From an uncultured Rikenellaceae bacterium (lineage in GTDB: Bacteria > Bacteroidota > Bacteroidia > Bacteroidales > VadinHA17), in assembly GCA_964633505.1 (NCBI GenBank), contig CAZWHC010000010.1, positions 72,458 through 136,457 on the forward strand: 64,000 nt of DNA, given 5' to 3'. A program made the position numbers and the translations under genes. Positions within the stretch are counted from its first letter, which is position 1; each line of letters opens with the position of its first letter. Positions 57,511 to 64,000 of the stretch are shown piece by piece. The notes under the pieces were generated by a model. That model made no database searches. It saw only the letters and a list, made by a program, of their open reading frames with translations, and was not told the DNA's origin.

Positions 57511-60500
57511 TTAGAAACCTATTGACAGGCCGAATGTCAGGCTTTTAAGCATCGGATAGTTATATCCGTCACCTGCATTGCTTGATGTGAACAACTGGTC
57601 TGATGGCCCCGTGTTTTCAACATCTATGTGGCGTACAAGTTTATACAGTGGCGACCATGTCCAGAGGTTCTCGCCCGATACATAAACTTTGACATCGTTT
57701 GCCCTGATCCGTGATGTAAGGCTCTTTGGCAGAACATAACCGAACTGTATGTTTTTCATTCTTATGTAAGCAACATTCTGCAGATATTTCGTCTGGGCAA
57801 CCCCGAGTTCCCTTGCAGTGCTGCTTGAGGCAGCACGCGACATCGTGCGTGGGAAATAGGCGTCGGTATTGTCGGGTGTCCACATATTCCCGAGATGAAA
57901 TTTCGGGATATTATTATATGGTCTGTTATACTGGCCCCAGAAGAATTCAGCCTCGGTGCTTGGATACCAGTCCTGCTTACCCACACCCTGGAAGAAAGTG
58001 GAGAAGAAGAAGTTGTTCCAGTCAGCATTCACATTGATCCCGAACATATACCGTGGTGCATTGTTCCCGATAATCTTCCTGTCGCCGGGATTTGAAACCC
58101 TGTTGGTTCCCCTGTTGATGAATCCGTCTTCGTTGAGGTCCTTCAGCTTTATATCACCTGCATACCAGATATTGGTTGGCGAAGCCCTCATTTCCGGGCT
58201 CTGTTTTGCATGACTTGCCACGTCCTCATCATTTAAAAAGAACCCTTCCGTCGTATAACCCCAGATCTCGCCAATTACCTGGCCTTCATAATAGTCGGTA
58301 AGAAGTTTGTCGGGATTGTTATACCTTGTTATCTCCGACCTGTTATCGGCGAGCGTAAGCCTGATGTTATAGTTCAGAGGCTTTGTTGCAACATTGAACA
58401 TGTCTCTCCATGATAAGGTGATCTCCCAGCCGCGTGTCTTCAGGTCAGCATAGTTGCCTTTCGGTGCAGTGGCGCCGAATATAGCAGGCAGGGTAAGACC
58501 AATGGTATACATGTCGAAAGTGTTACGTATATAATAATCTCCTACAAACCTGAGCCTGTCGGATAACATGCCAAGGTCGAGACCAAAGTTAGAGGTAGTG
58601 GATGTTTCCCATGTAATACCGTCGGGAAGGACGCTGGGCCGGCTGGTATACTGAGGTCTGACACCATTAAGTATCATACTCGACTGGGAAATTGAGAATT
58701 GCTCCATATAAACATATGATCCGATATTTCCATTTCCCAGCGAACCGTAAGAAGCTCTTAGTTTCAGGTCAGAGACTAGCTTCGGATCTACATTCCAGAA
58801 TCCTTCCTTGGATATTCTCCATCCGGCCGATATCGACGGGAAGAAAGCATAACGCTGATTGGAAGGGAATTTTGAAGATCCGTCATACCTTGCATTTACT
58901 TCAACAAGATATTTGTCGCGGAAAGAATAGTTAAGCCTCGAAAAACCGCCGAATATCTCCCACCTTTCCCATCCGCCTCCTGTGGTAATCGATTGTCCGA
59001 GTGTAAGGTTGATATCGTTGGCATTATCATAGATAATCCCGTTCCTCTGAACTGAAAGACGCTGATATGTCGACTGCTCATAGTTGATACCAGCCATGAA
59101 CTTAACATAATGATCTTCCTTAAATGTATTCTCATATTCGGAATAGAGGTTCGTAGCAATGTAATTTGTCGATCTCTGTTCGAATGTAAGGTCGTTGGTT
59201 GTAGTTCCGACATAAGCTATTGTACCGGGTTTATTGCTGTATGGCACCTGTACCCTCTTTCTGAAGACATCATTGTCGGTATTCTGGAATGTAAAATCGC
59301 TCTTGACCCTGAGTTTATTATTAAAGAATGAAGCTGTTGCTCCGGCGGTATTCTTCAATACCCGCCTTTTGGTATCAATACCGTTCTTGCCATACCATAA
59401 GTCTCCGACAGTATATACCGATGACATTGTCAGTGTGCCGTCAGGATTGAACATTGGTGAGCTTGGATGGCCTTCATCGGCAATATTCCTCCAGATACCG
59501 CTGCCCTCCCCAACGTTCATGGGGTTGTGATACATCATTTCCGAATAATCGGCATTGTTGGTTATCTCGAGCCAGGGGAATACCTGTATTGATCCCTTTG
59601 CCCTGATATTTTTCATGTTATAGTCATCGGTGTTGTACCTGAAAAGCCCGTTCTGCGACATATATCTTCCGGAAACGAGATAAGCTGTTTTTTCACCGCT
59701 CCCCGAAATGGCAAGGTTGCTTTCAGTGGCGCCTGTTGAATTTTTATACAGCTGATCATACCAGTCGGTGCTTGCATAATATACATATTCTCCGGTAACA
59801 GGATTGATCTCGACATCATTATAAGGCTGCCCCGAGTCCACTCTTCTCTTGAACTCATCAAGGTAAGCCTGCGACACTTTCTGTGTCTTGTTAATGTTCT
59901 GCGGAAATGATCCGTCACCATTGAGGAATGCATCAACAAACATCCTTACATAGGTATACCCGTCTGTGACAAAATCAGGGCGAGCTACCGGACTCTTGAA
60001 TGAATAATTTGATGAGAAGGTAACATTTGTCCTTCCCTTCTCGGGGTTCTTTGTTGTGATAAGGACAACCCCGAATGCGCCGCGTGCACCGTAAATAGAT
60101 GCCGAAGCTGCATCCTTCAGCATCGAGACGCTTGCAATGTCATTTGGGTTGAGCAGGCTCGGATCCCCTTCAACACCATCGATGAGGATGAGTGCGCTTC
60201 CTCCCTGACCAATTGAGGTAGTTCCTCTGATATTATAGCTGGGAGCCTGAATCGGCTTTCCATCAAGAAGCCTGATATTCAGGTTTGGCATCACACCCTG
60301 AAGACCCTGTGTGACGTTTGGAACCGGACGGTTTTCGAGAGTTTCATTTGTAACCTGGTCGACAGCAGCGGTAAGATTGAGTTTTTTCTGGGTGCTGTAT
60401 CCTACAACGACTACCTCCTCGAGCCCCTGTACATCCTCACGAAGGGTTGTATTGATAACGGTCTGGTTCAGAACCTGTACCTCTTTCGGGACATATCCCA

Positions 60501-60717
60501 CAAAAGAAAAAACGAGTACTGAATTGGGACCTGGAACCTGAATGGAGTACTTGCCCTCAAGGTCGGTCAGACTCCCTACATTTGAATTTTTAAGCTGGAC
60601 TGTCGAACCGGGCAGGGGCGCACCGGTACCGTCAGTCACAGTCCCCGTAATTGTTATTTGCTGCGCATAAATCTCGGACGATGCCAGCAATAACAAAAGA
60701 AACAATAGTTTTTTCAT
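57511..60717 (-). CDS. susC: SusC/RagA family TonB-dependent outer-membrane transporter
   Basis: 1068 aa. It has a carboxypeptidase-regulatory-like N-domain (ITGTVTDGTGAPLPGSTVQLK), a plug (EEVVVVGYSTQKK) and a C-terminal ...FGLSIGF. Confidence 0.9.
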   Translation of the reverse strand: MKKLLFLLLLLASSEIYAQQITITGTVTDGTGAPLPGSTVQLKNSNVGSLTDLEGKYSIQVPGPNSVLVFSFVGYVPKEVQVLNQTVINTTLREDVQGLEEVVVVGYSTQKKLNLTAAVDQVTNETLENRPVPNVTQGLQGVMPNLNIRLLDGKPIQAPSYNIRGTTSIGQGGSALILIDGVEGDPSLLNPNDIASVSMLKDAASASIYGARGAFGVVLITTKNPEKGRTNVTFSSNYSFKSPVARPDFVTDGYTYVRMFVDAFLNGDGSFPQNINKTQKVSQAYLDEFKRRVDSGQPYNDVEINPVTGEYVYYASTDWYDQLYKNSTGATESNLAISGSGEKTAYLVSGRYMSQNGLFRYNTDDYNMKNIRAKGSIQVFPWLEITNNADYSEMMYHNPMNVGEGSGIWRNIADEGHPSSPMFNPDGTLTMSSVYTVGDLWYGKNGIDTKRRVLKNTAGATASFFNNKLRVKSDFTFQNTDNDVFRKRVQVPYSNKPGTIAYVGTTTNDLTFEQRSTNYIATNLYSEYENTFKEDHYVKFMAGINYEQSTYQRLSVQRNGIIYDNANDINLTLGQSITTGGGWERWEIFGGFSRLNYSFRDKYLVEVNARYDGSSKFPSNQRYAFFPSISAGWRISKEGFWNVDPKLVSDLKLRASYGSLGNGNIGSYVYMEQFSISQSSMILNGVRPQYTSRPSVLPDGITWETSTTSNFGLDLGMLSDRLRFVGDYYIRNTFDMYTIGLTLPAIFGATAPKGNYADLKTRGWEITLSWRDMFNVATKPLNYNIRLTLADNRSEITRYNNPDKLLTDYYEGQVIGEIWGYTTEGFFLNDEDVASHAKQSPEMRASPTNIWYAGDIKLKDLNEDGFINRGTNRVSNPGDRKIIGNNAPRYMFGINVNADWNNFFFSTFFQGVGKQDWYPSTEAEFFWGQYNRPYNNIPKFHLGNMWTPDNTDAYFPRTMSRAASSSTARELGVAQTKYLQNVAYIRMKNIQFGYVLPKSLTSRIRANDVKVYVSGENLWTWSPLYKLVRHIDVENTGPSDQLFTSSNAGDGYNYPMLKSLTFGLSIGF

Positions 60718-60961
60718 AGAGTTTTAATTTGGTTAGTTAAGGAATAATCATTCTTCGTTAAATATTAGAATGTATAAAGTTAATACTTGTTACAAAAATG
60801 TTACAACAATATTCAAAGGAAATGCTCTTTTTGGAGTCATTTTGCAATCCCGAAATTGACAATGCAAAATTGTAAATCGGTTTTTACACAATTATTTCAA
60901 ACCGGATAAAAAATGGTTAAACCCGGATTGAAAATCCGGAGTTACAGGCAAGAGTCCAGGG

Positions 60962-62215
60962 TTATTTAGTAATTAAAAAGCTATCAATCAAAATCTTATT
61001 AATATCATAAACCTGATATTTTATTGATGCCGGGGTGATATCCATTATCGAATAACAGTACATTGCTTTTTCGGGCGTAAAAGCCATTGTGCCTATCTCC
61101 TTTCCTCCCGGGCCTGTCGGATTTCCTCCGGCAGTGCCGTTCGTTATGAAAACTGTCCCCTCATTCGCGGATAATGAGTTTGCCTCATTCTTCCCGGCCA
61201 TTTTCCCGTTTTTCATCTGGAGATGACGCTCATAAACATGCCTGTGACCGGCAAGGCAAAGATCAACCCGGTGTTTTTCGAGCAAAGGAAGGATATTTTC
61301 TTTCCAACTCTTTATGTTACTCCATCCGAACGAATTAACGGGATAATGCATCCATACAATAATCCAGTTTACTCCCCGGTCGGCCTCAGCCAGAGAAAGT
61401 TCATTTTCCAGCCATGCATATTCCGTCGACCCTGGTTTATATTTCACCTCACCCAACGGTTCAGCGCCCTGTGCCCAGCCTGAAAAGATCCCGATAAAAC
61501 GAACCTTGCCGTATGTAAAGGAATAATTAATCTCATCTCCGGGTAAATTGAAAAGATCATAAAAATCCCTGAAAGGCTTCTGGAAATTCTCTCCTTTTTC
61601 ATTGTCCACATCATGATTCCCGAGAACAGGCATCAGGGGCGACTCAGCATAAAGATCCTGCGACACATTCAAAAATCCTTTCCAGCTTGCAGTCTTTGAA
61701 CCGTCATTCACAATGTCACCCATGTGCAGGGTGATTGCAGGATCATATCCAATTACGGAATTTATTACCGCGGCAGTTTTTACAAAGTCTTCATTATTTG
61801 TATTGTCCTGAGTATCGCCAATTACTGCAACCCTGAAACTTCCGTTTCGCGGTTCGGAGGCAAAGGAATATACTTTGCTCCATCCTGTCTCATCCGATCC
61901 GCATCTGTAATAGTATTTCTTTCCTGGCTTGAGCCTTGAAAGCCCTGTACTGAATACTGAGCCCTCATGAAAATCTGATTCTCCGGCTTTGACCTTTTTT
62001 GAAGGATCGGGACTTGTTCCAAAAACAACATACTGTGCGTCAGGACTTTTTTCGGAGAACCAGGTAATTGTCACCGGATCTGATTTTCCTTTCTTTTCTT
62101 CTGAATCGACACTTAGATGGATCAAAGATGGCTGTGAGTAAAGGCATACAGGTAAAGCTGCAATTAAAGCAACCAGAACTGATCTGAGGGATTTTCCAAA
62201 TAACATGCTCTTCAA
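60962..62215 (-). CDS. secreted metallophosphoesterase (purple-acid-phosphatase-like)
   Basis: 417 aa. It has an N-terminal FN3-like PAP domain and calcineurin-like motifs GDTQD, GDIVNDG, GNHD and GHRH. Confidence 0.75.
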   Translation of the reverse strand: MKSMLFGKSLRSVLVALIAALPVCLYSQPSLIHLSVDSEEKKGKSDPVTITWFSEKSPDAQYVVFGTSPDPSKKVKAGESDFHEGSVFSTGLSRLKPGKKYYYRCGSDETGWSKVYSFASEPRNGSFRVAVIGDTQDNTNNEDFVKTAAVINSVIGYDPAITLHMGDIVNDGSKTASWKGFLNVSQDLYAESPLMPVLGNHDVDNEKGENFQKPFRDFYDLFNLPGDEINYSFTYGKVRFIGIFSGWAQGAEPLGEVKYKPGSTEYAWLENELSLAEADRGVNWIIVWMHYPVNSFGWSNIKSWKENILPLLEKHRVDLCLAGHRHVYERHLQMKNGKMAGKNEANSLSANEGTVFITNGTAGGNPTGPGGKEIGTMAFTPEKAMYCYSIMDITPASIKYQVYDINKILIDSFLITK

Positions 62216-62241
62216 TGTATTAGATAAGGTTATTAATAGTT

Positions 62242-62343
62242 GTTGCAGGTTGCAGGTTGCTGGTTTGGTTCACCCTGCAACCAGTCTTACCAGCCGTAGC
62301 TTCAGCGAAGGCTGGCAACCAGCAACTTGCAACCAGCAACCAG
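62242..62343. repeat. inverted arrangement of CAACCAG-family heptamers (GTTGCAG GTTGCAG GTTGCTG ... CAACCAG CAACTTG CAACCAG CAACCAG) around a small hairpin
   Basis: The left arm is 62242-62269 and the right arm is 62316-62343. The central hairpin is CCAGCC-n14-GGCTGG (62290-62315). It lies in the divergent intergenic region. Confidence 0.85.
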
Positions 62344-62534
62344 CACCGGTAGCTAAAGAATCCAATAATTGCTTCGAATATAATAGATTTCTAAAGTATG
62401 GAAAAGTGACTTTTGATTTTTATATATTTGGCTAAGGAATTATATTGAAATATTTGAGCATTGGAAATCATCGGCCTAAATTCAGGAACAACTTTAAAAA
62501 GAATCATATCCTGGCATTTTCTTTGTTTGTTAAC

Positions 62535-62637
62535 AACCCCCTTTCCCGTTTCCCCCAGGGGGGAAAAGCTTCTTGCGATGCTCCCTCCACCTTGGGGGAG
62601 AGCCTGCCCCGCTGCAGCGGGGGCCGGAGAGGGGGTA
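62535..62637. other. about 100-nt GC-rich, highly self-complementary element (possible structured RNA or dispersed repeat)
   Basis: The closing stem CCCCCTTTCC (62537-62546) pairs with GGAGAGGGGG (62626-62635). Internal hairpins are CCCCGC-tgca-GCGGGG (62607-62622), CTCCC...GGGAG (62581-62600) and CCCCCAGGGGGG (62552-62563). It is embedded in AT-rich intergenic DNA. Confidence 0.4.
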
Positions 62638-62712
62638 AAAATATCTACGAGAATATCCTTATTCCATGATTAATGGCGCTCATTTTAAACCAAATTGCTA
62701 ACAAAATAATAT

Positions 62713-63834
62713 ATGGAAGACATTAAAAAATCACAAACAAAAAGATTGTATTCTCTGGATGCGCTTCGTGGATTCGACATGTTCTGGATCATGGGGGGAG
62801 AAGCTATTTTCGCTGCACTGGCAACTCTTACAGGATGGCCGGTTCTGGTTTGGTGGGCAACACAACTTGAACATGTACAGTGGCATGGTTTTGTATTTTA
62901 CGATATGATATTTCCCCTGTTCCTTTTTATCGCAGGGATCTCTTTTCCTTTTTCCTACGCAAAAAGAACTGCAAACAACGACAGCAGGATATCGATATAC
63001 AAACATGTTATTTACAGGGGTATTATACTTGTCGTTCTGGGTATAATTTATAATAATGGCGTCAGGTTCAACCTCGGGGAGTTGCGGTATGGCAGCGTTC
63101 TGGGACGTATTGGTCTTGCCTGGATGTTCGCGGCGCTTATCTTCATGAACACAAAGCTGGTTTACAGGATAGCATGGTTCTGGGGACTGTTGATTGTTTA
63201 CTGGATCCTGTTCCTCCTTTTCCCTGCCCACGACCTGGGTTCAACCGATCCTTTTTCGCAGACAGGCAACCTTGCCAGCCATATCGACAGGCTTATAATG
63301 CCGGGAAGGCTTTACAGGGGCAATCACGATCCGGAAGGTATATTCAGTACTATTCCTGCAATATCCACAGCGCTTCTGGGTATGTTCACAGGTGAATTCC
63401 TTTTGTCAAAATACCTGAATGACAAGCATCTCAAAAAGGTACTTATTATGGCTGCAGCTGCAGTGGTATTGATGATAATCGGCAGGATCTGGAATCTTGC
63501 ATTTCCTATCAATAAGAACCTCTGGAGCAGTTCATTTGTTTGCTGGGTAGGCGGACTAAGCCTTCTTCTTTTCACAGTCTTTTACCTTATAATTGATGTG
63601 TGGAACTACAAAAAATGGGCTTTCTTTTTTGTTGTGATAGGTTTGAATCCAATCACAATTTACCTTGCCAACAGGATAATCAATTTCGATCGTGCTTCAA
63701 AATTCTTTTTTGGCGGATTCATTGCAGTACTGCCTGAAACATGGACTCCTTTCATTGAAGGCATAGGCGTTACTGCTGTCGGATGGACATTCCTGTATAT
63801 CCTTTACAAAAAGAAAATATTCCTAAAAATATAA
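62713..63834 (+). CDS. DUF5009 / heparan-alpha-glucosaminide N-acetyltransferase-like polytopic membrane protein
   Basis: 373 aa; N-terminal RLYSLDALRGFDMFWIMGGE and about 10 hydrophobic segments. Confidence 0.6.
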   Translation: MEDIKKSQTKRLYSLDALRGFDMFWIMGGEAIFAALATLTGWPVLVWWATQLEHVQWHGFVFYDMIFPLFLFIAGISFPFSYAKRTANNDSRISIYKHVIYRGIILVVLGIIYNNGVRFNLGELRYGSVLGRIGLAWMFAALIFMNTKLVYRIAWFWGLLIVYWILFLLFPAHDLGSTDPFSQTGNLASHIDRLIMPGRLYRGNHDPEGIFSTIPAISTALLGMFTGEFLLSKYLNDKHLKKVLIMAAAAVVLMIIGRIWNLAFPINKNLWSSSFVCWVGGLSLLLFTVFYLIIDVWNYKKWAFFFVVIGLNPITIYLANRIINFDRASKFFFGGFIAVLPETWTPFIEGIGVTAVGWTFLYILYKKKIFLKI

Positions 63835-63836
63835 GC

Positions 63837-64000
63837 ATGAATAGAAACCTGACTGTACTGCTTATCACGGTGATATTCACAACTAATGCAGCCATTTCAC
63901 AGAATGCCACGCAAAAGATCACCGATACCAATACTCCCCTGCATGCCCTGCAGCCTGATTATCCCGTTCCTTACGGAGCGCCTGATCAGAAAGATATAAT
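63837..64000 (+). CDS. secreted protein, N-terminal fragment (continues beyond the window); family not assignable
   Basis: ATG at 63837, 2 nt after the previous stop. My translation is MNRNLTVLLITVIFTTNAAISQNATQKITDTNTPLHALQPDYPVPYGAPDQKDI..., with a clear Sec signal. Confidence 0.5.
   Translation, partial: MNRNLTVLLITVIFTTNAAISQNATQKITDTNTPLHALQPDYPVPYGAPDQKDI

Noticed and set aside
62205-62435. 76-aa plus-strand ORF
   Set aside because: Its reading frame is made up of the inverted heptamer-repeat element (…CCRLQVAGLV…QPATCNQQPAP…). It is a repeat translation artefact.
62445-62673. Two overlapping 70-74-aa plus-strand ORFs
   Set aside because: Both run through the GC-rich self-complementary element (…PQGGKASCDAPSTLGESLPRCSGGRRGG…). 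This is typical pseudo-protein from a G/C-tract repeat, and there is no start context.
62731-63231. 166-aa minus-strand ORF
   Set aside because: It is antisense to the DUF5009-like membrane protein gene, so it is a shadow ORF.
1-64000. Search for defence systems, toxin-antitoxin pairs, prophage, integrases, transposases, DGR/retron reverse transcriptases
   Set aside because: None of the translated ORFs of 60 aa or more shows hallmark motifs of these classes. The window is metabolic and transport genes plus short non-coding repeats.

Overview
This 64-kb chromosomal segment is almost certainly from a member of the Bacteroidota. Evidence: two SusC/SusD pairs, TAnnTTTG -7 promoter boxes, and many lipoprotein- or Tat-exported enzymes. 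I found no rRNA, tRNA, CRISPR, transposase, integrase or recognisable defence genes.

Layout:
(i) 1-23.2 kb is a glycan/glycoside-utilisation region. It holds a SusC/SusD pair and an 11-gene minus-strand block (plus one divergent gene). The block encodes exported Gfo/Idh/MocA oxidoreductases, xylose-isomerase-like TIM-barrel proteins, a PmoA-like (DUF6807) protein, SGNH and alpha/beta esterases, an amidohydrolase and one six-hairpin-like protein.
(ii) 23.2-49.8 kb holds back-to-back amino-acid biosynthesis operons: ilvD-ilvB-ilvN-ilvC-leuA-leuC-leuD-cimA-like-leuB, hisGDCBHAF-hisIE, pheA-aminotransferase-tyrA-DAHPS/CM-aroA, and a separately controlled trpB2. Each of the four units has a TAnnTTTG box, a short leader ORF rich in the cognate amino acids, and a terminator/antiterminator pair, i.e. 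ribosome-mediated attenuation.
(iii) 49.9-64 kb holds NIPSNAP, a second PmoA-like paralog, GH31, a deoxyribonucleotidase, a second SusC/SusD pair flanked only by phosphoesterases, a DUF5009/HGSNAT-like membrane protein and a truncated secreted protein.

Most interesting observations:
(a) The exported oxidoreductase/TIM-barrel/PmoA-like cluster is a candidate non-hydrolytic glycoside-cleavage pathway.
(b) Several families of short dispersed intergenic repeats occur. The clearest is the heptamer (CAACCAG)n at four loci; at the three intercistronic loci the transcript always reads CAACCAG.
(c) A 320-bp TIR-flanked hairpin-repeat element is inserted inside the his operon.
(d) The four attenuators share one uniform architecture.

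Limits: all protein family calls come from reading the supplied translations and recognising motifs. No database search, RNA folding or statistics were run. I cannot show that any of this is truly undescribed.
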